Assembly: GCF_021028975.2 (NCBI RefSeq)
Contig: NC_059433.1
Span: 90,954,001 to 91,018,000 of the forward strand
Direction: 5' to 3'
Source of the DNA: Sphaerodactylus townsendi
Lineage: Eukaryota
Length of the DNA: 64,000 nucleotides
Under the pieces are notes generated by a model. The model saw only the letters and a program-made list of their open reading frames with translations. It had not been told where the DNA came from and searched no databases. The position numbers were made by a program, and so were the translations under genes. Of the stretch, positions 1-12,358 are shown piece by piece. Each line of letters opens with the position of its first letter. The first letter of the stretch is position 1.

Positions 1-230
1 TATTGTCTCCCATTTGAATTGGGCTGCTCATTAGAAATTAGTCAGATGATGAACAACAAACAGTCAAGTCTTCCTTCAGCTGTGAAACACCCTTCCTAGA
101 ATTCATTGTTGTGAATCTTTTGCCTATTGATAGTTTCCATTGTAGCTATAGATTTTCATTTTTAAAAGCTTTTTTGTGGTTCGCCATCAAATGTAATGAT
201 GAAATGTAAATGCTTTAATTAATAAATATA

Positions 231-452
231 GCCAGTGTTGTATGATGGTTAAGCGTGCTGGGCGAGTATCTGGAAGATCTAGTTCTGACTCCCCACTCAT
301 GGATGCTTGCTGGGTGAACTTGGGACAGCCATACTTCCTCAGCCTAACCTATTTCATAGGTGTTTTATGAGGATAAAATGGAAAAGCAGAGAATAATGTA
401 AACTGCATTGGGTGGGGAGAAAGGTGGGGTATAAATATATTAAACAAACAAA
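231..452 (+). mobile_element. Old tRNA-derived CORE-type SINE (Squam3-like)
   Basis: tRNA-like head gccagtgttgtatgatggttaag, core gctgggtgaacttgggacagcca...ctcagcctaacctatttcatagg, tail ggggtataaat plus A-rich end. Confidence 0.75.
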
Positions 453-999
453 TATGAAGTAACTTGTAAACTGGATGGTCCTCAATTTCTCTTTCCTCTT
501 CTTTCAGCCACAAATGGTCAGACTTCCAGTTTAAGCAATGGCACAGAATGGTTAAGCTCAGACTCATTCTGGGCTATGAAACTCAAGTTTGTGTTTCTAA
601 AGGGGCCCGCATGCTTCCCCAGATGAAGGAGGGAGCCAGAGAAAGCCTCCTGAACTCCTGAGGTAATCTCCTCTGGTGGAAATCACACAACAACTCTTAC
701 CATAGTGATTAGCTGGAGCTGAGAAGCCAGAATTTGCACAAGTGCCATCACTTTCCAGTTTGAGCTGCTGAGATTCCAACGGGGGGAAACATTCAAGCCA
801 TGCACCTCTTGTGGAATAACTGAAGTAATAAAGTGTGCTATAAAAGAAACCCAGATTCTGCTGTTGATAAACCTGACAAGAATCAGGATATCTTCTTAAA
901 GGTATGGAATGATAAAATGTAGAGTTTCCAAAAGAGTTAAAAAGAAATCTTATTAAAAGAGTTTCAGATGAGAAGACTCTCCAGTCACAGAGGTAGAAA

Positions 1000-1223
1000 T
1001 AGCAACATATGACATGCAATGTAACTTATGACCAGAAACACAGGAAGTGACATCACCACATTCTGGTGACATTGTAGAAATCACACAAAACTCTATGGTA
1101 AAACCATAGAGATTATATTCCTTGACTATCATCATAACATGATGTCATTTCCTGGTTTTCATCTGTGGGACCAGGAAGAATCAGTGGGAGCTCCCCTGCT
1201 GAATGCAGGTAAGTGGCATCCCT
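1000..1223. mobile_element. Old hAT-like DNA transposon remnant (TAGGGTTGCCA-type end)
   Basis: Ends gtggcatcccta; shares ggaagtgacat and ctctatggtaaaaccatagag-like motifs with 62071-62345. Confidence 0.45.
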
Positions 1224-2679
1224 AACAAGCTCTGTTCCCTTACTTGAAAATGAGATTGACCTAAAATCTCCAATGGGCTGGAGGCTCAACCATTCTCACC
1301 ATGATAACCAATCAGACACATTTTATGCTTCTGTAAATAGGTTAATATATACAAAGTCTGTTGGCATCAATAGAGGTGTTTCCGGTTACAATTGTGGAAT
1401 ATATCACTTCAAGCCTTTTGGGACCAGTGTCCAAAGTTGTTTTATTGAGACAAACCAATAACAGTGTTTCCAGAACTCCAGGAGAATTTCTAGGAGCAGC
1501 TAATATACCAAAAATCATAATGGCAGCAGGTCTGAATTTAATGAGCTGAAAATTATGTAGATGATAAATAGTATGGAATAAGATTATCTACTTAGAAATG
1601 AATGTCCCCATAGAAGTGGTTCAATCTAATTTGAACAGATGCTGTACTGGCAGCAAATGCCGCATGATCCATTGGTTAATCAGGCATAGGCCTTGCCAAG
1701 AAATTACAGAGGCTGTGCTTTAGTTGTCACTTTAAATGCCTCCCTCATGCAACTGTACAGATCTTGCAACAGCTTTTCCCAATTGATCTTTTCATAATGA
1801 TTCCATTAGTCATTATTGGCTTGAGAAGGGATATCTTGATTTTATATATGCAGCACTCTGCCCGCCCCCACCCCAGCAAGCATCACTTTGCCTGAACAAA
1901 TGTTGTTTGAGACAAGATGTTTTCATATTTATTCTGATTCTTTGTTATTAGTGTTGCAAGCAAAAGAGAACACCCATGGTGTCTGGTGGCTCTCCAGCAC
2001 TACGCAAGAAGCTTCTAGATTATTCCCTTTATTCAATAATGAAGCATTTCAAGGCAAGACCTATGAACGAGGTGCAGAGACCAAAGCCCATCCTTTTTAT
2101 TGTGCCCAACATGGGCATTCAGTGAATTTCTGCTTCCAAATACAGCTGTCACTGACGCCTGTAGCCTCAGACTGGAAGCCCTAGTTATTTGACCAAAGAT
2201 GGGACCCCTGGGATTCCTCCTTGGCCCACAGGATGTTCTTATTTGGACACTGCTTTCCATTTCAAGTGTCACTCACCTTTAGTACTCCCCTTACACCTTC
2301 ACGCCTTTTCTGTCACAGTGCTGCCCAATTCTGGCAGGCAAGTTATTCACCGCAGGTTGCCTTAAGTCTACAGGTCCCCTCTTGGTCCTGTCTTTTCTGT
2401 GCCATGGCTTGAAGGCCATTCCTTGGCCTTCTTCCTGTTGCCCAGTGCCTCCTCTTCATCAACCATTTTTTGATGGTTTACTGCCTTGTCTGCCAGCTCA
2501 GAGCACCATTCTGTCCACATGAAGCTACTTTGTCTCTGCTGGCTCAACCACCCAACACCCTCCTCATTTGTGCCAACAACTGTTTTTTGATGGTATGAAC
2601 ATCTGGGTCATTCAGAGAGCCCAATACCTCCTGGTCCCCACAGAGCAATTTGAACAGCCACACCGGCAGCTTTATTTAG

Positions 2680-2800
2680 TCATTGTGGCCAATAGCCAGT
2701 GATGGAGCTGCTCTCTATGAATTTATACAACCTCCCTTTAAAGCCAACTAGACTAGTGGTCGTTATTATATTCTCTGACAGTGAATTTAAAAAGTTACTT
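2680..2800 (-). mobile_element. CR1 LINE 3' fragment
   Basis: Reverse complement reads ccactagtctagttggctttaaagggaggttgtataaattcatagag, matching the ORF2 end of the CR1 at 57640-57720. Confidence 0.6.
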
Positions 2801-3015
2801 GCTTTTTAAATTCTGATTGGCCTGATTTTTGTTAATTTGATGAGAAGAAATCCTTAGAATCTCATCCTTTAGTTTTGAAGCAAGTGTGTTTCTGGGGGTA
2901 TATGACACTGGAAATATTATTTTTCAAAAAGTAGGTGTCCACAGTGTTCTGTTGGTACAGCTGCTATTGCTTGCATATTTACCTATACTCTCAGTTTGGC
3001 TACCTTATATGATAG

Positions 3016-3236
3016 CATGAAACACACATGAAACACATGAAGCTGCCTTGCACTGGATCAGACCAATGAATTATCAGGGGAATATTGTCTACTCTGACTG
3101 GGGACTCTCCTGTGACTGTAGTGGTGATTTTTCACATCATCTGCTACCTGATCCTTAATTGGAGCGGCCTGGGATTGAACATGGAACCTTTTGCATGCCA
3201 AGCAGATACTCTACCACTAAGCCACAGCCCCTTTCC
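3016..3236 (-). mobile_element. tRNA-derived SINE with CR1-like tail (Squam2-like)
   Basis: Minus-strand head ggggctgtggcttagtggtagagtatctgcttggcatgcaaaaggttcc, tail gcagcttcatgtgtttca. Confidence 0.8.
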
Positions 3237-3257
3237 TCTCCCTAAATCAGTTACGGA

Positions 3258-3398
3258 GGCCCCTTCCGCACACGCAAAATAATGCGTTTTCAAACCACTT
3301 TCACAACTGTTTGCAAGTGGATTTTGCCATTCCGCACAGCTTCAAAGAGCGCTGAAAGCAGTTTGAAAGTGCATTATTCTGCATGTGCAGAATGAGCC
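3258..3398. mobile_element. Palindromic MITE, PIF/Harbinger-like
   Basis: TIRs ggccccttccgcacacgcaaaataatgc / gcattattctgcatgtgcagaatgagcc; near-identical copy at 43204-43344. Confidence 0.75.
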
Positions 3399-3562
3399 TG
3401 AGATTTCTACTTGCCATCACACCAGTCCTTCCCCCTCAAAAGCCTGCAGCAATTTAAATATGAAGCTAGGAATATAAAATGCAAGCAGAAATTCTGTACA
3501 AACGACACTAATAGAACATTATTTGTCTTATTTCCCCCTCATCAAGTTATTATTTTCCCCTC

Positions 3563-3965
3563 ATCAAGTCACAGCTGATTTAGGGCAAACAAATAGGGTT
3601 TTCAGCAAGAGACTTTCAGATGTGCTTCATTCATTGGCTGGCTCTGCATATGAAACCTGGACTTTTTTGGTGGTCTCTAATCCATATACTTCAGCTTGAC
3701 CCAGCTAAGCTTCTGAGATCTGATGAGATCCCATTAGCCTTAACTATAAGGTCAGGACTTGATAGTAAAGTGACGTCAAGTTGCAACGGGCAACCCACCA
3801 TGGAGTTCTCCAGGCAAGAGATGAGCAGAGGTGGTTTGCCATTGCCTTCCTCTGCAATACAACCCTGAACTTCCTGGGTGGTCTGCCATCCAAGTGCTGA
3901 CCATAACTGATCATACTTAGCTTCAAAGGTCTGGCAAGCTCAGGCTGTTCAGGTCTATTAAGGCT
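3563..3965 (-). mobile_element. Two adjacent 5S-headed, Sauria/BovB-tailed SINE copies
   Basis: gaggtggtttgccattgccttcctctgc (Sauria tail, reverse) and ggtggtctgccatccaagtgctgacc...cttagcttc (5S internal promoter region, reverse); second degenerate copy 3563-3740. Confidence 0.65.
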
Positions 3966-4734
3966 GCTGCAGCTACAGCAGCCTTTACCATAATTTACCA
4001 TAATTTTCTTGAGAAATGACATTGTTTGGAAAATCAGGAGGCATGGCTTCTCTAGCTGTTGTCAGTTTTTCATTTTAGCTTTTTTACAACATTACATTTC
4101 TTTACAAAGTGATTTACAATGCTAACATCCTCTGTATTGACATAAGATATTGACTACGGTTTGCATTGTGCACATTGTTCCAGATTTTGATAAAAAGTAT
4201 TTTGTTTCCCCTCATCAATGTCTTTCTCCAGGCTTTGCAGATTGTAATTAGTTTAAGCTTTGAATAATATGTCACACCATACAGTTCTGATATGGGTCTG
4301 TAGATCCTCTTTGGAGCACAACTATTTGTTAGAAAAATCTATTATGGCTCCATAAAGTACCTCTGATTTATGATTTGTAGATGCAGTTGAGTGTTATTCC
4401 TTGTGACTTGCCTCTTTTCATTGTTTCTTGAAAGTCTGGCTGAATTCATGGCAGGGGGTCACAGTGGCTTCCATAATTTCCGTGCCCCTTTCAAAATTTT
4501 TGCGCTTGCATTTTAAACCCATTAGCTTCCTATTATTTTGTCAAAGGTGCAGCTTTCCTTTGCAGTGACAACATTTCATCTGTTGAAGGTCAGCTCCAGC
4601 ACTGTGCACTGAGCCTTCGTTTTAGCTTGTTCACATGTCAAGTGAAATGGCATAATCAGAGCTGAAATAGAGGGTAGGAAAAATAGACACATCTCAACTG
4701 CACATCTAGTTGGGTGGGGCTTTAGCCTTGGCAT

Positions 4735-4915
4735 GAACTTGCCTTCTACAAGTCAGATTAGTTGTCTATAAAGGTTAGCACTGTCCACTCTGACTGGCAG
4801 CAACTCTCCCAGGTTTCAGGTCTTTTACATTAAATCCTACCTGATTCTTTTAACTGGAGATGTTGGGGATTGACCCTGAGTCCTGTTGCATGCAAAACTA
4901 AGTGGACACCTGCAC
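4735..4915 (-). mobile_element. Squam2-like SINE, degenerate
   Basis: ctgtccactctgactggcagc...ttttaactggagatgttggggattgaccctg shared with 3016-3236 and 43772-43955. Confidence 0.65.
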
Positions 4916-5039
4916 CTCTTGTGGACTACCTAGCCCTCCCTCTTGCCTGTTTGCCCTTCTTGGTGGTTGATTTCCCTCTATACTTGTCAGCCATCCAGCA
5001 TGTTACTTGCTTAGTCCCTCATACCAGAACTTTCTCTAT

Positions 5040-5145
5040 GTCCCCTTCCGCACATGCAGAATAACACACTTTCAATCTACTTTCACAGTTGTTTGCAAGT
5101 GGATTTTGCTATTTTGCAAAGTAAAATCCAGCTGCAAAGTGCATT
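5040..5145. mobile_element. Truncated Harbinger-like MITE
   Basis: Left TIR gtccccttccgcacatgcagaataa as in 26375-26516; right end missing. Confidence 0.7.
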
Positions 5146-5924
5146 CATTTTTTAAAATAGGGAATTCAATGCATTTCATCAATTGATATATTTGTAGGGT
5201 TGCCATGAGTCAGAAGCAACTTGATAACACTTTACACTCACATAGTAATATATGAATCAGGTTCTCTTTAGTTTCCAACTTCCATTTAAAAATAGCAGAT
5301 CTCTAGCTCCTTCTGTTACACGCAGACCAAGAAAAAGGAATATTTCCACAACAGAAGGAGCTAGAGTCCAGTCCTTTCCCTTTTATAATGTAAAATGCCA
5401 TGGGCAGAAGCCAGGTCTAGTACCAGCTGTTAGTGTATTTCTTCCCAGATTAGCATTGTCTCTTTTCTATTCCCACTCTTGCACCTCACCAAAAACACTA
5501 TTGAAGTTTTGAGACATAAATTTATGTTACTCCCAGAATTTGTGAGTGTTTTGCACCATTTTAGGTTTTCCAAGCAAACCTGAAACTGTTAATTTTGTGT
5601 ATAATTTTGGCTCAAGTATATCTGAAAGCATACTTTTAGGGGTGTTGCACTAGTCTAAAAGGAAGGGAGTGGGTTATTCTCATGTGCCCAGGTTTAGCCA
5701 GTGAGGAATTTGGGGGGAAAGAGGAGAACTTGTGCCCCACAAGCAATTTGAAGTCTCACAAGTAGGAGGTGAAGCAGACCCACAGACAGACCAAGAGCAG
5801 GAGGACAAAGTGCTGACAATCACTTCCAGCTGTAAATGCTAGAGCTGATAGCCCACCAAGCTCGCCTGAACCAGTTGAGCAACTCACAGTCCATGGATGT
5901 CAGGAATTGCAAACTAAATGACTC

Positions 5925-6682
5925 TGTGCCAGGCTAGAGATTCAGAGATGCCGGCTTAGGGAATGCTTTAAGATCTCTCAGGAGACAGACCAAGCAGGGA
6001 AGTTCAAGTGACCCATGAAGGCTGGAATGAAGGGATCTGACCAGAGGTGTAGCTGGGCAAAATGGAGCCTGGGATAGACTCCAAGTTTTCCGCCTCCTGC
6101 CCCATGAGCTGCCCCCTGCCACCCCCATGCTCCACTTACTGCCCCCTGCCACCCCCATGCTCCACTTACTTGGCGTTTTGTTTGGAGGACCAGGAGGAGA
6201 GGAGAGTAGAGGAGAAGAGATTTTTTGCGCCATCCCCACCCCACCCCCTTATAGCTACGCTAGAGCAGGGCTGGGCAAGGATGCCCGGCAGGGGCCTTTG
6301 CGGGGCTGGGTGAAGCTGGCCTGGCAGCAGCCTCTGCTGGGTCTGGCCGGGCGGGGTGAGGAGGGAAGGGAGAGGGGTCTGGGGAGTGATTTCCCACACC
6401 CCTTTTGACCCCACTGGTGCCCTTCCAGGGTCCCCACCCCACCCCTTTGTATCTATGCAACTATATCTGATGTTGCAGAAGGAACTTTGTTGAAAGCCTG
6501 TTGCTTTCTGCTGCACCTGCTCTCGGACTGCTATCTCTGGGCTCAGTGACCCTGAACTGGACTACGTTATCTAATCTACGTTAAAGCCTTGGCTGTTTTT
6601 TTCTGACCTCCACAAGACTTGCTGTTCCTTGGAGATGTTCAGTAAGCACGATCTTTCTGTCCTCCCAGGCCACGTCTTATAC
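5925..6682 (+). mobile_element. Possible solo LTR (GC-rich, unclassified)
   Basis: GC-rich island ending ...cttataca with U5-like gttaaagcc/T-rich tract; internal 30-bp tandem duplication; 5' end and TSD not identified. Confidence 0.3.
6109..6170. repeat. Perfect 30-bp tandem duplication
   Basis: ctgccccctgccacccccatgctccactta twice. Confidence 0.95.
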
Positions 6683-8649
6683 AGGCAGTAATCTGATACT
6701 CCCTGAACTCAGCAAGCCAGGACAGATATGTGTTGTCCTGTCATCTTGGATGGATAACAGTTTTCGGTGTGTAACTACTCTGAGCTCCTGTGCTTTTAGT
6801 CCCTTATTGCCGTCATGCAAGATCTTACAAAGTATAGCAGCACAAGCACAAGTGTTCTTTCTGGAGCGGTTACACTACTAAAAATTTTTGCTGCCCAGCT
6901 ACAGCACTACTGTTGGTTGTATAGAACTAATATAGTAGTCTTGTATCTGATTCTATTCATCTGTGCTACTAAACGTATTAGGATTCCCCCCGATTATGTT
7001 TCCGAGCAATAGAATCTAATGGAGTCTCAGAAGCAGGCCTCTTGTTTAACTTCTAGAATATTCATTCACACTCCAAACTTAGAAGTGCACCTACAAGTAC
7101 TTCAAAAATGCAAAAGACCGAATTCCTTTGCCAATTTTTGTAGGTTGCAAGCCATGTTTCTGGCATGGCTGCATTCTGCAAAAACAGAAAGTGCCAATGC
7201 CAAAAGCTGTATTGCGCCCTTTCAGCTTGTACTGTAAGAGGCACTGACAATGCTGGAAAAGATATTCAAGAAGGCACTCCATACTGCTTGTCACATTTTG
7301 AATTCACTCTCTTAGCTCACAGGATTATAGTGTAGCTGTTCATAGAAGAATAGTGAAGTTGCACACACTATATTCCACAATCCTGCAAATCAAATATTCT
7401 TAGTGGTAATTCAGCACAGTGGCTGTGATGCAATCCAAAGGAAACCATTTGTGAACATGTAATTCAAACAAAGCCAAAGTTTCTCTGCAGCAGTTTAAAA
7501 AATCACCATTCTCACATTTAACAAGATGATTAAATAATTGCCAAATCTGACAACCAGCAGGCAGGGTGAACCCTGAAACTGATGAGCAAAGATGGCAATT
7601 TAAGAACCGCAGTTTGCCCATACTGAGGAGCTAAGCTGGGGTGAGGTGAGGTCAGACAGAGGCCATCTTGGCTCCCTGCAGTACCACTCTAAGGCCATCT
7701 TCAGTGGTGGTGCTAACCTGCCAAAGAGAACAGGCTAGTGGCTCCATCTGGCAGGCTTTTTCTATGGGTCAATTTGTGATTGAAAGTATCATTTATTTAA
7801 TACATTTCTATACTGCCTTTCCTCCCAAATAAGATTCCCAATGCTTCAAACATCAAAGCACTAAAAGTATTTCAATTTTATAATAGTGCGTAAAATAAAG
7901 TTTATCTAAAATAATTAAATAAAACACACATAACACCAAAACCAGGGAGGAGGGTCAATAACAGTTATTGGGGGTATGCCAAACAAAATTTTGAAAAACC
8001 TTCATCTGCTGGTGAAAGACGATGGCCTATTATGCACTATGCACTTATGGGCTGCCCTGCAGGGAGCATACATTCTCTTCGGGGCAAATTCTTGGTTGTT
8101 TCACATTTCCTCTTCCCCTCCAGAAAGCACTGTGAGGCAGATCAGAGAAGCCCTGTGGCTTCTAAAACCTCCAAAGGCACAGCTTTTCCTCTGCTGCTCC
8201 AACTTTGCTTGCCATTCCCATCTTCTCCCCCTTTCCTCGCCCACCCGATAGCAATTCCTACCACTCTTTGGCCCAGCAGGGTTTCTTTCTTTTGTTTAAA
8301 CAAAAACAAAACAAAAAAGGCAGCAGACAACACAGCGGAAGTGGCAGGAAGCAGCTGGCTCAGCAGGCGCTGCCTCACAGGGGAAGAATCTCACATTTAA
8401 GCAGACAAGCACAGAAACCCCCCATTGCAACCAAAAGAGCCACGGGGTAAACCCTGAATGCATAATAGGTCAATAATAGAGATAGACAGAGAAGTCTAAT
8501 TCTTGGGTTACCTTCGAAGCAAGACCTCTGAAGGACCAGAATGGACAGGTAGGTTCCTATGGAAGAAGGTGGTCCTTGGGTTATGCTGACCCAAGACCAT
8601 ATTTGCTTCGAATTTGCTTCGAAGGCAAATTCTAGAAATGTATATTCTG

Positions 8650-8930
8650 TTTCTAATCAATTCCATTTTGAACAAAGAGAAATTCAAAGAGAGGAAGGAC
8701 AGAAAGGGAAATTCTGTAGAATTTCAAAATCTCATTCTGGAGATACTTTCTAGAGACCGTATGCTGCAGCACCACCCAGTAGGACATAACATATTGCAAG
8801 AGATAAAGAGTGCAGTGATTTCTCTACAAATGGAAATGAAAGAGAAATTTCTCTTTTAAAATAGGAAAAAAGAGAATAAGAGAAATCAAGGACTGTATCT
8901 AAAAATGTGAATTTCCTTAACAACAACAGC
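8650..8930 (+). mobile_element. Possible L1-like ORF1 C-terminal remnant
   Basis: Purine-rich degenerate frame QNLILEILSRDRML...LQMEMKEKFLF loosely resembles reptile L1 ORF1. Confidence 0.3.
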
Positions 8931-9599
8931 AATGAAAACCCAGCACCTCATGATTATCTGAAGTTCTGAATTGTTTGACAGCATCAGTACAACCATGAAG
9001 TGACCGTTGCTTTGCTACAAGGTGAACATGGTATCTCAAGTTAAGATAAGTCATGCTGTTTCAACAATTGTTCTAAATTGGTAGGTGAATTTCTCATTCA
9101 GAGTTTCCTGATTTTTTACACATCCTCTTGGACTGTTGTGTGCTTCATCATTTAGCAGTTTTTCAAAGTTTGACTTGTTCCATAACCTTTCTTCCGAGAC
9201 CTAACTATTATTTCAGCATTTATTTATTTTTCTCTGTTCTCTGACTTCATTTTACCTCCCCACAAATGTTTGTCCTGTTTCATTATCTCCCTTTCTCATT
9301 GTTTGCTGGATTTGACAATCTGTTGCTTGTTCAGCTGTTCTTGTTCAAAATTATTTCTCATTTCTCTTTGTTATTTAATGTCAAAATTTGTGACACTTCT
9401 TTGTATTTTCCCATGACTTCATTTGGTTCCCACTCAAATGGCTGCATGGTGCGTCTCTGTGGACTGTTTCAAGGTTTGGGAAGATAGCCTATTGCCATCT
9501 TATTAGTGTCTGTGCCTTATTTTTGTCTTCAGTGCATTGCTGCACAAAGTAGCAACAGTGTTTGATTTAATATGGTCTATGAAGCATATTAGTGCATTT

Positions 9600-9742
9600 G
9601 CCCTATCTCAACAAATCTCAGAAGCCAAGCAGGGGCAGCTCTGGTTAGTGTTTGAATAGGAGACCATCAAGAAATATCAGGGGCACTTTGCAGAGGAAAG
9701 CAATCTCAAACCATCTCTTAGTCTCTTGCCTTGAAAACCCTA
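9600..9742 (+). mobile_element. 5S-headed Sauria-tailed SINE
   Basis: atctcagaagccaagcagggg...ctggttagtgtttgaatagggagacc (5S) joined to gcagaggaaagcaat...tcttgccttgaaaaccc. Confidence 0.75.
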
Positions 9743-10350
9743 TTAAATGTAAACTGTAAGGTACAATTCTGTAACTTTCACAAAGATTCCACAAAGCAAC
9801 TGCTGAAAATGAAGCAAGAGACAACGGTGATTACTGTCTGCTGACCAAAGTGGTGGTTTGATTAATATTTTATCAAACAATTTGATTCTGATTATTTTAT
9901 TACATTTTTGGCATTCTATATCACACTTTAAAATTGCCCAGGAGGGAGACTAAAAACAATTATTTATTTATCTATGTTTCAAGACATCAGCCAAAGATAT
10001 AGTATCAAAAGAAAATGTGGCTCCATTTCTAATGTCTGCTAAAATAAATTGTTGCAGATAATGATGCTACATGCAATGTTTGAAGGCTAAAGTGTGCTTC
10101 ATATTGTTTCATAATAATAATATTGAACGAATGGATGAAATATTGCTATTGTGGAGTCTGTTGAAGTAGTCACTTCCTGTGTCTCTACAGAGATGTCAGC
10201 TGCTACAACAAACAGGTACAGAGTTCTGACCTGAGGCTATGAGGCACTCAACAAATTTACCTCTGCCATTGGTTAGTCAATAGTTTCTCCCACCTTCTAT
10301 TTGGGGTGAAGAGTTCCAGGCTCTCCCTGATTTCTGAGACTCCATGTTGC

Positions 10351-10450
10351 AAGAACCTTAAGAACTTATGTAAGAAAAATCCTGCTGGATCAAACCATCA
10401 GTCCATCCAATCCAGCATCCTGTTAATCTCAGTGGCTAACCGTATGCCTT
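10351..10450 (-). mobile_element. CR1 3' tail fragment
   Basis: cctgctggatcaaaccatcagtccatccaatccagcat is the reverse of the CR1 3' hairpin at 57855-57895; aagaac repeats. Confidence 0.65.
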
Positions 10451-12164
10451 GGAAAGTGTCTCCATGTTATTGCCTTTCAGGAACTTGCATTCAGAGTTAC
10501 CTTTAATTCTGTATATAACCACAGAGCACAGATCAAAAAGTCTACATGGTGGAGCCAGAGAGGGGAAATGTTTTTACAAATATGAAGGGACCCCCATGTT
10601 TGCAGAAAAATCTGAAAGTAGAAGTTGGCTTTAAAAACACCCCCTCCCAACTGAAGAAGTAGTTTCTGTGTTTGTGGAGATATTGCAACTAAAAGGTAAA
10701 AGTAATGGTAGAGGGGAGAGAGGAAGTGAAAACCAGTGGGTGGATGGGATTTCTCCTCCTGTGACTCACTAGTCCATCTTTGGCAGTTGCCCGCTAGAGT
10801 CAGAGAGTAGCAGCTGTAGGGACAGTCCCAGCTGATGTTGTTAACTGCCAAGGCTGCTTGCCAAGTTGGAACTAGGCCCTCCTTTGCAGCCATCTGTGGG
10901 TTAGCTGAAATTCTCTGCACTTTGTTGCAGGTCCCCACTTGTTTTATCTCTAAATATGGTGGGTCTGTCTATCTTTTCATTCAATTTTTGACGCGCCCCC
11001 CCCCCCCCAGCTTATACAAGCTAGGAGCAGTTTACAACATGATTCTCATATAATACAATGCAATAAAATAACCATATGAGTGATATACAGTATTCAATCA
11101 TGGCACCTTAAAATAGAATAAAATCCAGCAAAGGGTGGACTTCTTATGCTCATTTGCTCCTTCCCAACTCCCCTTCTTTTGCACACAGACTGCAATGGAA
11201 GTTTCTTGGTTTACAAAGAATTCCAGCTTGCCACGTTCCAAATGTAGGTGCCTGACAAAAGGGAGTTTATTTTCTCTCCCTAAATTGGAATTTTAAGCCA
11301 TAGTGAATTCAACTAGAATATCAGTTTATGAGCAGCCTAGAAACTCCTTATTGCCCAGGCATGGATATCATGAAGTCTGATTGAAGATCCTGAAAGCTGG
11401 GAATCATTTAACTGCACTCTTTGCAAGCGGGGAGAATATAGCAAGAAGCATAAACATGGAAAGCCATCACTCACCAACAGTTTTGTTATCTTGATTGAGT
11501 GTGGTCTTATATGTGTGTTGGACTGAGGGGAAGAGAAAAGAGGACACAAATTCTGCAGAAAGAGATTGGATGTCACTTTGTTGTAGATGCAAACACAGCT
11601 TGCATTTCCATCAGTGCCCCAGGGCACGCCTCCCAAAAATGTTCCCTTGACTTTGCATTCTTTGTAGAAGCTGCCAAGCCTTTGAGACACCAGCACAGTC
11701 AGTACTGATTGTGCTAGTGCGTCATACACCATTAACTTGCAATGTCTGCGCAGTGGTCTGTTTAGAGGCTTCATTTTGACAAACCTTGCTAATTGTACAT
11801 TTTGCCAAGCAAGCTGCACAGAGCTACGGAACAAGTGAAAGTTTTACTTCATGACCAGCGTATTAAAACAGAGGAACACAAATTTTAGGTTTTTGCAGTG
11901 TCCTATGTAGGCCACTGTCCAATCAGTAAGGATCTAAGCATAGTGATGAAATGGAAATTAACTTTTGCTGCTTTACTTTAGTGTGAGACTGCATCATAGT
12001 AAATTAGGGCAGATTAGATGTTAATTGCTGTAATGTTGCCATTTTTTTAACCAAGAAAAACCCCCTTACTTCTGGGAGAGGGGTTGGGACTGGAAAATGG
12101 CAGGGAAACGGCAGGGTACCCGCAATACAATACTATCAACCACATCTTTGCATAACAAGTTCCA

Positions 12165-12358
12165 CCCAAACACTTACTGATTGGCTCCCCACCTTGGGAC
12201 ATGGACAATATATACCCCAAACATTCCCTTCTCTCTGGACACAGTGTGTAATCTGTGATACACCTCTGAGGATGCCAGCCACAGTTGCAGGCGAAATGTT
12301 AGGAACAAGATCCACCAGACCACGGCTACACAGCCGAGAAAACCCACCAGAACCAGTT
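12165..12358 (+). mobile_element. Penelope-like element pLTR fragment
   Basis: cctctgaggatgccagccacagttgcaggcgaaatgttagg...cacggctacacagccgagaaaacccacc, typical squamate Penelope terminus; related to 14292-14588. Confidence 0.8.
12263..12303 (+). ncRNA. Minimal type I hammerhead ribozyme motif (degenerate)
   Basis: CCT-CTGAGGA-TGCC..GGC-GAAA-TGTT-AGG: catalytic core, helix II and 3-bp helix I. Confidence 0.65.

Noticed and set aside
6905-6930. let-7-like ggttgtatag
   Set aside because: Only 10 nt match, with no seed and no hairpin
9600-9742. 5S rRNA gene (and tRNA genes at SINE heads)
   Set aside because: Partial, degenerate and fused to SINE bodies
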